A stretch of 58,706 nt of DNA, filler included, from Sphacelaria rigidula (GCA_964200075.2; 10 parts of 10 records of this genome joined end to end with filler, not necessarily neighbours in it); one strand, 5' to 3'; shown: positions 11,286 to 23,619, counted from the whole stretch's first letter. A program made the numbers and translations. Notes: a model not told the origin generated them from the sequence alone.

Positions 11286-11592
11286 ATTGATTATAGCACC
11301 GACTTCGCGTGCGGAAAAGACATTTTACATCCGAGTAATCGGATGACGAATGCCCCGCTTTCTGTAGTTTTGTGTGATGGTCAAGTCACTCTTGAAATCC
11401 ACGTCTCATGTAGCCATCTCGGCCGCATATGGCATATTGCGAAGTTCCACCAGAATACACGCCACTCGATCGATGCGCAAACAAGAGGCATCGTTGACCA
11501 CAGGCTCTTTGCGATATCAAGCATAGGTGTTTCATGGCAAACCGCTCACTGGAACTCGTTGAACGACACCAGGGGGCGGGAAGGGGTTGCAT

Positions 11593-11662
11593 GGGGTATA
11601 CTCATGATCATGCATGCCATAGTCAAAAGACCATTGACCTCGCATCCCTACAAAGCCGAGAC
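11593..11662 (+). repeat. Abundant ~70-bp dispersed module; other copies near 10605-10662, 17661-17730, 34670-34735, 42190-42260, 57940-57985
   Basis: Consensus-like TACTCATGATCATGCATGCCATAGTC...GACCATTGACCTCGCATCCC next to G/C runs, in five scaffolds. Confidence 0.85.
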
Positions 11663-13404
11663 NNNNNNNNNNNNNNNNNNNNNNNNNNNNNNNNNNNNNN
11701 NNNNNNTTAATTAATTAANNNNNNNNNNNNNNNNNNNNNNNNNNNNNNNNNNNNNNNNNNNNGCACGCGCACGCCGCACCGCGCCCCCCCCCCCCCCCCC
11801 CCCGCGCCCCCCCCCCCCCTCCCCCTCCCCCCCCCCCCCCCCTGCCCCCCTCCGAGTCCTTCAAGTTAGGGCATTTCGCGAGGGAGTCCGCCGCATGATT
11901 GTTCAGGAAGGAGGCTTGAGGCTCAGAGGGTTAGCTCTCAGAAAGGACAAATGAACTAAAAACGATATCACCGTGGTAACGACCTCCGGTTGATTCCTTC
12001 CGCTGAGACGGTGGTCAGGGTATCAAGCCACATTAAGCACAATATGACACTCACCTAGATGTAAGCAGTGTCATTGTCAACGACGAACGTACCGTGTGCA
12101 CGGTCCGCACTTTCCTGTCTACGCCCTCGGGGTGCCGAACGAAAAACGGATGTGGTGGCAATTCCTTCTCGTCTCGGCCCTGGCCGCGATTACCTTCTTT
12201 CCCCTTCCTGTAGGCTACAGCAGGCTCAGGGTTCGAGAATCGTATCGAAGTGGTATCCGACGGAATGTGGGCCAGGACCCCCTCTACGACTCGAAATTAG
12301 TTAGTAGGGTGCGGTCTGTTCGCGAAGGGCGCGGTCTGTTCGCAACCACGATGATGACCGAACGCGCGAGCTCCTGCTCTCCTTCTCGCTGTTGACGCTC
12401 ATCATGCCGCAGCTGCTGCCGCCGCTGCCGCTTTCGTGGAGTTATCCTTTGTCCTTCTGTTTTTAATCCTCCTCCATTGCTGTTGCTGCTGTTGCTGCCG
12501 CTGGTGCTGTTGCAGCCACTACTGCTACTGGTGCTAATGTCGTGGTCGTCGTCCCTCTTGTTTTCATGGAGTCGCACTCTAGGCCTGTAGGAACCACCTC
12601 GTCATGGTCATGTCGTGGGACGATGCAGATTCCGCTGTTGGATCAAACATGGGTGAAGATGTAAACATAGACTACCATCAAAGCCAGGGATGTCATAGCA
12701 GTAGATACCACACAGCTGGGAATACACGCCTTGTGCATGCTTACGGTCTGCAGCTGCGGCGACAAAGATACTGTCTGTAGTCTGTAGTAATGATGAGCCG
12801 CTGCTGTAAGCGCGTACCGTCGACGGGGTATAACACCCCCCGTCCCCCCTCCCCACCCCAAACTCTCCGTCCCCCCCCCGCTTCCCCCCAACCTTTCCGT
12901 TTTGCTTGAAATTTCATAGAGTAATTTGAATTTTGGTTTTTCAACCTTTCGATCCTTCCTGAGGACGAGTTCCCCGAGTTTGGCGAAAATACGTCATCGT
13001 TGAATAGATACGAATAGGCTCAGGGGATCGACCCGCGCGTCTGTGTATTAGCGGTACTTTTTCTTTTCATGTTTTGATGGATTGATTGTCGCATTTTCAT
13101 TGATCCCCCAGAGATCTGATCCCCCGGGGATCCAGCCGTGTTTAACTGCTGGGCATACTTGTCATACACTATTATTGATTACTGATTGTCAAACATTGGG
13201 TTAGCGCTGCCTATTCATTGTATACCGTCGTCTGAATTGACCATTTTGCGGGGTTTGCCGAAAAATTCAATTTGATCCTTTGATCTGCATATTCTGTATA
13301 GACTGTAATAAGAAAAATCTTCCTTTTCGTTAGGAATAATAGACGTGATCTAACTTACGGGTACCCATCACGTCCGCCGGGGAAAATGGGGTCGGTGGGA
13401 GGCA

Positions 13405-13531
13405 TGCTGGGGCGGGGGGCGGGGGGCGGGGGGCGGGGAGCGGGGAGGGGGGAGGGGGGGGGGGGGGGGGGGGGGGAACGGAAAAGGGGGGAGGCGCGGG
13501 GGGGGGGGGGGGGGGGGGGGGGGCGGGGGGG

Positions 13532-13565
<34 letters not shown>

Positions 13566-13585
13566 CGGGGGGGGGGGGGGGGGTG
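13405..13585. repeat. Poly-G low-complexity tract (poly-C tracts at 11785-11850, 46861-46911, 47047-47072)
   Basis: Near-homopolymer G run. Confidence 0.95.
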
Positions 13586-15046
13586 ACAACGAATCAGAGT
13601 AGTACCTCTCTGGGCGAGGGGGAGAGGGGATACGGTTTCAACAACTGAAAGGGTACCGCGACACAATCACAAATCGTGGCAAGTTTCTTGAGGACGATGT
13701 GTTGAGAACCGCGACTAAAGGATCGCGCACGCTTTCGTCGCTCCTTTTTATCCATCGCTTTCCGACACGGGTGGTTGGCATACAGCAATAAGTTTTTGGA
13801 GGGGGTTGAGGGTTGCTGCTTTGCTCCTCTTCATGTAGCAAACAAACACTCACATCACACAAGTGTCTGTGAACATTGAGGGGTAGCAGCAGCACGAAGA
13901 GGGGTTTTCTTCCGTAGGAGAGGACAGAGAGAGCGGCGAAGAGATAGATGCACGGTGAAAGAAAAGGTGAGGCGGGCGGGCGAAAAGTGAGGGTGAATGG
14001 AGATGAGCTACCGCGCGCGCGCGTGTGTGTGTGTACATTTTTTGCGGTGGACCTCCTGAAGTACGCAGTATAGCACACGTTCTTGGCGTATTATCGCACA
14101 GCCGAGCTCTGTCTTTCATGGTTACCGTGGCTGGGGCTGCGTGTGTCATTATTACCGATCATCGCGGCGCTGTGGACATCTATTGTTTTACCCGTTGAGT
14201 ACCGTATATACCCCGTAGCACCCACACTGATGAGGAACTACGAGTTACGCATGGCAGTTTTCTCTGGAGAACGCGCAAGCAGTGGTGACGAAGGACTTGT
14301 GAGCCGAAAAGGGCACCAGAGAGGGGCCTGAGACAGGGGGCGGCTGGCTAGATACAATGATAGTGCGGTCTAGATTGATTGCGGTTCAGAACATGAAACA
14401 CGCGGCGATAATTGCAGGTCACTCGATATACATGGACGGTGCAGGAGTCGCCACCCTTACAACAAAAACTCCAGCACTTGACTGCGACGGAGTATTGCTC
14501 CCTTGGGTTCGGAATCTCGTAGATCGAGTACCCTGCACTGTTGCTGTTAGCATACCGTATTTTCGACAGTAGCATACACCACCGCGTGCTATTTTCACTT
14601 TCACCAGATATTTAGCTCAAAAGCGCTTGTATAGATAAGTGGAGCGTGCCGGTGATGCATCTTGAGCGATGCCTTTTATCAGGAAAGTTGTTGTCCCCGA
14701 GGTTAAATGCGGATATATTCCCTTGCGGTGGTGCTCTCAAAGAAAACACACACATGGCGCACTCGTCGTTGTGGAGTGTTTCAATAATTCAGGACTACCT
14801 CTGCTGCCAGCCACATTACCTCAGCGGGGACAGTCCATCGAAGCTTCAGCGGAGTATACCGTACACGGCGACTCGAAATCCAGGTTTTGAGCTTCGTTTC
14901 CTATTATAGCAGCAGCAGTGTCTGCTATTATAGCGTATAATCAGTATAATCGTGGCCTCGGCTCGTCCGGTTTTGTCACCCTCGCTTGAATATCTCATGG
15001 AAATGTTTACTCGCACGTCAGATAAAAAAGCGACGGATACACTACG

Positions 15047-15322
15047 ATGGTACCTATGAGCGGATTGGTGTGGTTCTTCAGCCTCTCCTCGGCTATAGTA
15101 GCACTGTCCATTTTGGTTACGGCGGATCAGCCGTTCTGCACCGACGGCATCCGCGGGATCCTCAGCGACGACAACGTCTCAAGCTTTTCGGTTGACCGTG
15201 ATGATGACGGCCTGTGCAGCTTGGAGTTCAACATCTCCGACGTCTGCCCCATCCCTCCCGCGACGAGCGAAGACGTGCTGTCCAATTAAGTGTGGCAAGC
15301 AGTACAGCCTGTGGACTTCGAG
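15047..15322 (+). pseudogene. Probable first exon of a secreted-protein gene, with a premature stop
   Basis: ATG plus signal-peptide-like MVPMSGLVWFFSLSSAIVALSILVTA|DQPFC and a Cys/Asp-rich segment. An in-frame TAA at 15287-15289 is followed by VWQAVQPVDFE and the donor AG|GTGAGA at 15323. Confidence 0.4.
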
Positions 15323-15475
15323 GTGAGAGATTCTTCAAACGAGAGACTCTCGAGGGCGTCTGCCTCGCTTGTAAGCACAAGCAAAGTGCCTCCATTTGTT
15401 ACACCTGGCCTCGGCATCCAATCCGCTGGCCAATCAATTCCTCCGTACTTGCTGTATCCCGTGATCGCTGGGCTT

Positions 15476-15794
15476 CACACGCGGCCATTTGGCTCCACCC
15501 CAAAATGCCCCCGGAGGAATGCGCGGCCCTCCAGGGGGAAAACAAGCCTCTGGAGGCCTTCAATCTCTCTGGAGGAAACCAAAATTTACCGACCAGGAGG
15601 GCCGTGCACCCCTCCGGAGGAATTTGGGGGGTATGTGCGGCCCTCCAGAGGCAAAAATAAGCCTCCGGAGGCGTTTAATCCTTCTGGAGGAAAACAAAAA
15701 ATCTCCTCCCCTCCGGAGGCGTTTAATTCCTCTGGAGGCTCGAAAAGTTCACCCACCTGGAGGAATTTCGGAGGTGGCCAAATGGCCGCGTGTG
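15476..15794. mobile_element. 319-bp MITE, CACTA/CMC-like
   Basis: Perfect 18-bp TIR CACACGCGGCCATTTGGC / GCCAAATGGCCGCGTGTG, flanked by TT on both sides. The interior is filled with CCTCCGGAGG-like palindromic repeats. Confidence 0.8.
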
Positions 15795-16290
15795 TTGTGT
15801 CTCGTCACCGATATAGTGTGTGTCAGTATACCGGAATCATACCATGTATCGCTTCGTATGTATCGAGAATCGGGACCAACATATATACCAGCAATGTGCC
15901 ATAATTACCAGCTATATCGTAATGGCATTTTGTGCCCCGGTGGTCACATGGCAAACCTTATACCCCTAAACACGAGATTTTACACACTGCGCGTGGGTTT
16001 GTTTTTTAGGATGAACCTTGGGAATTTTCGTAAGCATCGAAATAATTTCAACAAACCGTGCAAATGCACTCTCTGTCCATGATAATGTGTGGCCTCGCTC
16101 ATCCTCAAGAAGAAATCCACCCGAAATTTGTAACATGCTGTGTTAACAGGGGGTCCCGAAAAATACGAACGACCATTTTCGAACGGGAGTGAACGGAGGT
16201 CGAAATTGTTCGGAATGAACACAGGATTTTACTGATTATTGCGGGTGGAGTTTTTGAGGATGAGTGAGGCCACACATGACGGCCGGGATC

Positions 16291-16734
16291 AGCCGATGAT
16301 CAAAACTGGGGATGGAGCTTTTGATGGAAGATGATAATCCGGAAATATATGAATCTTTGTATCCACAACAGTTTTTTGGAATTTGGTTGCATTCCTTCAC
16401 CTCCTGGTACCTTTTGACAACTACTACACGCCGTAAAAAATGGATTTCCATAACCAAAACGTTGGGGTCCTAGGTGAATGAACGATTCTGGAGAAATCGG
16501 GCGGTCTGTCTTGATCATGTGTAGAATGCCCCAGAATTGATTTTTTTACTCAGGACCCCGACGTTTCGGTGATCGGAATCCATTTTTTATGGCGCGTAGT
16601 AGTAGTTGTCAATAGCTACCGGGATGTGAAGGAATCCGACCTTAGTCGGAACAATTGGTGTGGATACGAAGATTTTAATCTTCCGGATTATCATCCTCAG
16701 TGACAAGCTCCATCCTCAATTTTGATGATCGGCT
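16291..16734. repeat. Diverged inverted repeat (16291-16470 vs 16552-16734)
   Basis: AGCCGATGATCAAAA..GGATGGAGCTT..GATGATAATCCGGAA..TTGACAACTACTAC..GGGGTCCT is mirrored on the opposite strand. A short direct repeat also occurs at 16097-16150 / 16800-16850. Confidence 0.8.
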
Positions 16735-17660
16735 GTTCGGAGAGTGCATATACATTACTTTTCGAAACATTCTCGATGTCTATGAAGGTTCCCAAGGCTC
16801 ATTCATCCTCATAAAGAAATCCACCGGCAATTTGTCAAGAGCCGTGCTATTAGGTCGGGGAAATGTTAGTTCGATTTCCGGGAGATGCATTCGAGATTAT
16901 TCTGAAAAACTCCTGATTTCCCTCGTTGGACACGTGAGGACGTGGGTATCAAATCCTGGGGTTTACTTGCTGAGAGTCGAGGCGATGCGGGAGTCTTGAT
17001 TCAATCTGAGATACCAAATTGCAAGGTAGACATGGAGTTGTCTCCTCGAGACCATTGACTCGTCTCGGAGAAGGGCGAGGGGAGGGGGGGGTGGGGGTGA
17101 AAGTAGAGATTCTCGGGAACGAGCTTTATCGTTGTCGGCGAATTTCGTCAGCGTAAAATATCACAAAGTTTACGCTTGCGAGAACTAGCACTTGAGCTCT
17201 CAGCACTTTGAGTATGGCACGTGTTTTGTTGATTGATTCGATTGATTGACTGTCGCACTTTAAATGACCTCCCAGGGATCCAGCCGTGGTCACATGATAG
17301 ACGTACCCAAGAAAGAACAAAACTTAAAACACTCGCTGACGAAAAAGAAGGAACAGAAAGAGTCGAGCAGAACAACATGGTAAACTAAGACGTGGAAAAC
17401 AAATAATGATGAAAATTCAACAAAAGCAAAGCACAGAAAGAAATGGATAATCTAGAAAAAACGGTGAGGGGGGGGGGGGGGGAAAAAAAAATTTATTAAA
17501 TAAAAAAAAAAATAAAAAAAAAAAAAAAAAAAAAATAAAAAAANNNNNNNNNNNNNNNNNNNNNNNNNNNNNNNNNNNNNNNNNNNNTTAATTAATTAAN
17601 NNNNNNNNNNNNNNNNNNNNNNNNNNNNNNNNNNNNNNNNNNNCCCGCCCACCCACCTTC

Positions 17661-17764
17661 GTCTCGAAGGGGATGCGTGGTCAATGGTCAAATGACTAAG
17701 GCAAGCAACAAATGGGTACGCCCCCCCCCCACCCCCCCACCCACCCCCTATCGTAGCATGACTC
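17661..17764. mobile_element. Terminus of a GAG-ended (Sola2-like) DNA transposon, with the 70-bp module as subterminal sequence
   Basis: CCCCCTATCGTAGCATGACTC (17744-17764) matches the reverse complement of the TIR at 29229 at 20/21 positions. Confidence 0.65.
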
Positions 17765-18330
17765 AAGGGCGTGTTGGAATATGAAGAAATAGCAGTTCCG
17801 AATATGCATACTCGAGATTAGCGGAAAATCCAGTCAGGTTCATCATAAGAACAAAGATCGTGGTGGTACCGAAGAGGTGAAATATTCGTCGTAGAATAAT
17901 GAACAGCTCATGTACTGTATAGCTCGTATACAGAAAGCCGGCATATTGTTAGAATAGTGAACAGTCGAGTACGGAGAGTCTAAGGTATCGACAGTTTGAA
18001 TGAATCCTTTTATATTATCCAAGAGAGATTGACAAAGCCCTACGCTATCACTCTCCACAGCGACCCGCCTCAAGTAAGTCTACGAGCTTGCCATCAGTTT
18101 TCTGTGAAGTAGAGACCGATGATGTTTGATTCGAGTTCGGCCGAGTGAAGCACCAAAATTAGAACGTAGTTTATTTTATTGCACAAGCAAGTGTTTAATC
18201 GGCACTGTGCAGCCTTCGCGAGTTCTTGTGTCAAAAATGGGTACACCAGTTGAACCAATTGTTCCTGTCACGTTGACAGTTGAACACAGTGCATTTTGTG
18301 CACAAGCCACGATAAACGATGTATTCTTGA

Positions 18331-18602
18331 GATTGAGAGTAGGGGATACGATTGAGAGTAGAGGATACGATTGAGAGTGAAAGGAGGTCAATAATTAGTG
18401 AAATAATCGTTTCAGGTCCGAAATACCCTTCCACGAGGCCCAGCATGCTTTCTGTAGTACCTTGCCGCTGAAGCCCTCGATATCCCTGAGAAGGATATCG
18501 ACGTGTAGCTATGAGCACACGCCAGAGATGGAGGCTAAAAAAGGCACACACGGGATGAAAAAATGGCTAGGTAAAAGCGAAGGATCAAAGCTACTTTCAA
18601 TC
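18331..18602 (+). repeat. GATTGAGAGT-ended dispersed repeat copy with three 19-bp terminal tandem units
   Basis: Aligns with 49370-49636 and with the reverse complement of 11107-11285. Confidence 0.8.
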
Positions 18603-20826
18603 AGCGATCTGCTCTCAAAATCACGGAAACGTTATTGATAGTCATACATAATATTCCAACTTTGCAGATGGCAGGATTCCGCAATATCATGGTGAATAGC
18701 AATCATGGCATATTTATGATAATCATGACACACGGCACGATTGTAGGAGAATCAAGTTCTGGACATCTCCGTGCACCGTCTTCGTGGTTTACTCGCCAAG
18801 ATCCGACCTAATACTTTACATCTCATTATATTCCGCTACCTTGACTGGAAGATCCTTTCTACGAGGATGCATGGTGGGCGAAGCTAGGCTACACAAGCGG
18901 CAGGATGAAGTCTACCCAGGATATCTACAACAGCAGGTACCTAGAGTAAAAAACTAAGTTTCGGCCACTTGGGCAAGGGTTTCGAAAACGAAATGGCGTC
19001 ATGTGACCACCTGCAGTACAGTGTTGTGGATTCCGCAGTGTGGGGAACCCTGCAGCAGCTATTTACGGGGGGTGGCATATCTTTCATAAGCGTCAACGTG
19101 ACTGTTTGAGAGTACAGCATCTCAATAGCCCACTCGTGGTGAAGAAGCCAGTACGCTGAGTAGTTTCTGATATCGTGACTGGAGCCGACTTGCCGAATGA
19201 TTGCAAGTTTCGACACAGCAGTTCTCCCTTTCCCGCCACGAAAGACATACGGCTCGATAAACGATACAGCTAGGACCCGTACAACTCACAGGGTGTAGCA
19301 CATGGTCAATGCACGTCTAACGCTTTCCTTGACCTCTCATAACGTAGCCAGGCCGGTAGCCTGTAGCCATTATCCTGGTGGAGTTGTCTGGCAGCTATTC
19401 CAGATGCTGCGACCTCAGTCCATCTTTTTTCCAGTACGGAAAAATATGATGACAACACATGGAATGTCCGACTAAAAAAGGCTGAGCTTGCAGCAGGCAG
19501 GTCGTCATTCTCTGCCGACACTTGACACTTGACGGCACAAGCTCGAAACGCAACGGCGAGAAGTGTATGCGTCAGGAAACATCCTTTTGGTCGTGCTACG
19601 AGCATAATTTTGTGTTCGTACAGAGGTCAACGCGCGTCTTTGAAATGCAGCTGAATTTCTTTTTGCACTGTTCCGCTGCCCACAAAATACGATGCGCTAC
19701 ATGTAGGCACTCAAACGCCAGATATATCGCTAAGCATTCTTGCCTGAAGAATATCAGTAGTCATTCGTCCTGAGTCGCCCAAGTTCCGCTTCCCTGCTGG
19801 CTTTTGTGGAGTTAAACAGGATTTTGTTTAATGAGACCACTTTTCAGAAAGGTACGGTATGCTGAGATGACTATAGGTAGAGCGCAGTTGGCTTGTGTTG
19901 GGCTCACGCGTCTCGGCGCCGACTCGAGAATTCTTCCCGAGGTTGAACGCACCCGTTTCCTTCCTTTTGGGTTTTGAGATGAAGCCTTCATAAACCTTTC
20001 GCCGAGAGAAACGAATGTCCGAAACCTCCTAGACGCACACCGGTACCCTCCACGATTTATATGCCGTTGTCATTGCCGATCCCCGGGTCCCTGATCCGGA
20101 GTTGGTAAGTCGTTCGAGTTACTTGGTATTGTTTGTGGGAACCATTTGAGGTTCCTCCGCGTGTTTGCCTCCATATGCGTCGGTCCTTCGACTGCGTACG
20201 TCGCTGATAACAGGTACCATGATGGCTACACGTCCTGTACTGATAGCGACTTCAAGGAGTGCAGCGGTGTCCTGCTGGGCACCTACGTTTACGTGAGCAT
20301 TTATTCTTCCGTGTTGCGCGGTACATGCTAGGTCACATGAGTGATATAGGGCATATATATGTAGCAATCGTTTATAATTTGCATCAGCGAGATTGTACTT
20401 TTATCACACGATATATATACAAGCATGTTGTTAAAAAAGAATGAGTTATGAGTTGCCATACAGTACTGAAATAAACCGGGTCTGAATACGTTGGGTATTT
20501 CCGTGGCGGTATTTGAGGCTAACGTTATTCAATGTCAAAGTTCCCACAATGATTGATGAAAGTGCTCCGGGGAGGATGCACAGCGCTCCTCGGAAGTCAA
20601 TTGGTTGCCCTTCCTTATCGTATCACACACACATATATATGTGTGTGTATTTAAAATTGACTTGTCTGCAATATCGGTTGTTACTGAAACAAGCTCCCTC
20701 GGGTCGACACGTAGAAGAGAAATGTTATACTTCCAGTTTGTGCGACATATTGTTGGTTGATGATGGAAATATTCCATGTGGCGTGTGGGGGGAGGGGGAA
20801 ACGCGACCTTTCCTATAATTCTGTGA

Positions 20827-21830
20827 TATCAAGACGTTGCCATACGTGCACTTCGATGCACGCGGGCGGCTGTGCAGATGTATCAATACAGTGATCCTTG
20901 CAAGGGTTTATGCGTCGTGTCCGAAACAAGCCACACCTCAAAATAACTTTGCTCAATAGCAGGTTGATATTCACTTGGCCCTGAAGATTCTTGTTCACTC
21001 GTATTTGTTATCGCTCTGTTCCATGCTCCTTCACGTCGCCCAAGGAGCTAAAATATTGCTTCGCAGTAGGCTCCACCTCGCAGGTAAGTCAGGGGGCTAC
21101 AAGAACCGTTGCCTATTCCCTTTCGTCGAACTGACATCCGATCTGGTCAAGCTTGATCAGGCGCGTCATCACAGTCCTGGATATTTGGCTATGAACGCCT
21201 CCTAGCCTCATAACACCAGCCCACCCACACGAACCTCAGAACGCAACGAAAATCGACATTTTTCTCCACATGAAGTCATCAATGGCAAGGAAGACGAACT
21301 CAAATACTTTAGAAGCACCCGACAGTAGTGACTGGGAACGAAGTGAACCCAAGACCAGGAGGGCAATGTCCACTGCGTTGCCCGATTCTTCCACACCTCA
21401 AACAAGGGATGTAGAAATTGCTGCAAAAGAAAGCGCGAGTCCGCTTGTCCTACCGTCGACGCCAATTGTTAAAAAGTTGTCTTACGTGCACTTCGATGCA
21501 CGCGGGCGGCTATGCAGATGGACCAAACCAGTGATCCTTGCAAGGGTTTATGGGTCGTGTCCGAAACAGGCCACGCCTCAAGATAACTTCGCTCAACAGC
21601 AGGTTGATATTCACTCGTATTCGTTATCGCTCTGTTCCATGCCCTCTCACGTCGCTCACCGAACTATAGCAATGCTTCGCAGCAGGCTCCAACTCGTAAG
21701 TAAGTAAGGGGGCTACTAGAACCGTTGTCTATTCCCCTTTATCGAACTAACATTCAATCAAGTCAATCTTGATCAGGCCCACCACCTCAGTCCCGGATAT
21801 TTGGCTATGAATGCTCCTAGCTTCATGTCA
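20827..21830 (-). mobile_element. Complete TRIM-like non-autonomous LTR retrotransposon (1004 bp)
   Basis: Diverged LTRs at 21467-21830 (TG..CA) and 20827-21215 (TG..TA, 25 bp longer). PBS TGGCGTCGACGGTAGGA at 21464-21448, purine-rich GTGTGGGTGGGCTGG tract at 21230-21216, and TSD GTGA at 20823-20826 and 21831-21834. Confidence 0.88.
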
Positions 21831-23524
21831 GTGACCTCTTCAGAGCAAACCTTCTGTTTGGAGCTCTCGACCTCTTCGTACCTTGAATTGTAGCTTCAGG
21901 TCTGTGTTCCTTCATCCTGGAGCTTACGAACAAGTCAACGAACGTTTTCGAGGTCTGGCCGTTGGTGAATAGTGACCCATCAAGTGCAGATTACGAGATC
22001 TTGGTACATGCATCTGAAAGAAACCTGCATACCAGTATTCATAAACGCTGGTAGTGGTCGTCATCGACCACCATACCAATCACTACGACTGTTCTACCGT
22101 TAATACCCGCTTTGTGCTGCACAATCAACCGCGAGCACTGCAAATTCACTGGCAATACGGTGCAGGGCAAAATATATACAGTTCAGCTGTAGTATGCGAG
22201 TAAATACGGTTAACTCAGTGTCGCGTTCATGCTCGATCAGGATTTGTGAGCCCAGGAGGGGAAACGCACGGGGGTTCTGGCACCGCAGCAGGAAGATAAG
22301 GCGCTCCGTCTTCGCATGCTTGCAGTACGGACTGATTGCTTGGGTTGTTCGGTTGCCTCGCATTGCCTGGTCCGCTACGAATTCAATTGTACTGAAACGA
22401 TAGGCGCATGCGAGGTTAATAAGCAGAGTAATCTCCCCCCCCCAAAAAAAAAACGGAAGAAATAAGAACACTAAAAACTGGAGAAGCAAACATGTTAAAG
22501 GGGTATAGACGTGAATCTAGGTACTAGTGCTAAGTCTGACAAAACCGATAACCCCTTGCCAGGGCATCACGGATAATAGCTTACGAGCAAAAAGATGGTG
22601 GGAGGAGATTGTGACTCGGCCATCTGGAGACAGTATTACCAGGCGAGGGCACCCGACTATCAACTGTAAATAAAGGAGGTCTTGACTCTATAGACGTGAG
22701 GGGAAGAGGGGAAATAGGGAGAAAATGGGTACATGCATCTTGAATCCTGTACATCGTTCCCTGTGCGTTGGCAATTCAGGTCCAACAAATGCAAGTAGAA
22801 GCAACCTCTCTCGTCTGAGGACCACAGTAACGGATGGTCTGATATTGTCCGTGTACTCACTTCCACTGACAATCTGGCTCCCGCGAACAACGGGTGTTGG
22901 TTCTTGCCTGTTTTTGAGCGCACATTGCGGTGACTTATGCATGTCAAAGAAATATAGACTGACAGAGTGTATATTTAGCTGCCAAACGGCAGGCGGTACG
23001 ACATAGCTGGTGTTGGAGCTTTGAAAAAACCTCCCTCGAATCGGGATGCAACTCGTTAGACTAATGAGACCCACAACGAGTCCTGATGAAGTTTGAAGAC
23101 GCTTCTTTCATCAGACCTCGATGTTGTTCTCAGCCGGTAAAAACAGAAACAGTGCTGAAAGCATGCAGAAATCGGGTACACGTGGTGTCGAAAAAATAAT
23201 TCCCGGAAATATCCGAACCATGCAAGCACAAGCAAAACTGATATCAAACGTTTGGTTCTTACGGATACACTTGCCATTTTCGCGACGAGGCTGGCTTTCA
23301 ATCGTCAAATCGCCTCCGACCCATTGCACCTAAGCATTCCAGAAGTGAAATTTACAGCCGATTGTCGAAAATGGGGTTGAAAAAAAAAATGAGGTTCAAG
23401 TCAAAAGTCGTGCTTTCCCTGACTNNNNNNNNNNNNNNNNNNNNNNNNNNNNNNNNNNNNNNNNNNNNTTAATTAATTAANNNNNNNNNNNNNNNNNNNN
23501 NNNNNNNNNNNNNNNNNNNNNNNN

Positions 23525-23615
23525 GAACAACCGTTGCTTCTTTCAACGACGGTTTGACTCGAAATTTCGAGCAACAAATGACCCAAAATACCCCCCCCCT
23601 CTTGTAGGATGACTC
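23525..23615. mobile_element. One end of a GAG-terminated DNA transposon (Sola2-like) inserted in Gypsy pol
   Basis: AAATACCCCCCCCCTCTTGTAGGATGACTC|AAAA is the inverted counterpart of AAAA|GAGTCATCCTACGATAGGGGGGGGGTATTT at 29225-29258. Confidence 0.75.
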
Positions 23616-23619
23616 AAAA

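Noticed and set aside
12055..12740. Minus-strand type II membrane protein exon
   Set aside because: A hydrophobic stretch and a donor site exist, but there are many stops and no consistent frame.
13355..13666. Poly-Pro/poly-Gly ORFs (extensin or formin-like)
   Set aside because: They are translations of a G homopolymer tract.
13594..13850. Protein kinase exon (NLLLY)
   Set aside because: No HRD or DFG motifs.
23060..23120. Hammerhead ribozyme at CTGATGA
   Set aside because: No stem II-GAAA follows; it is only a short CTGATGAA/TTCATCAG hairpin.
22660..23340. Long open frames on both strands
   Set aside because: No recognisable motif or splice structure, so they cannot be supported as a gene.
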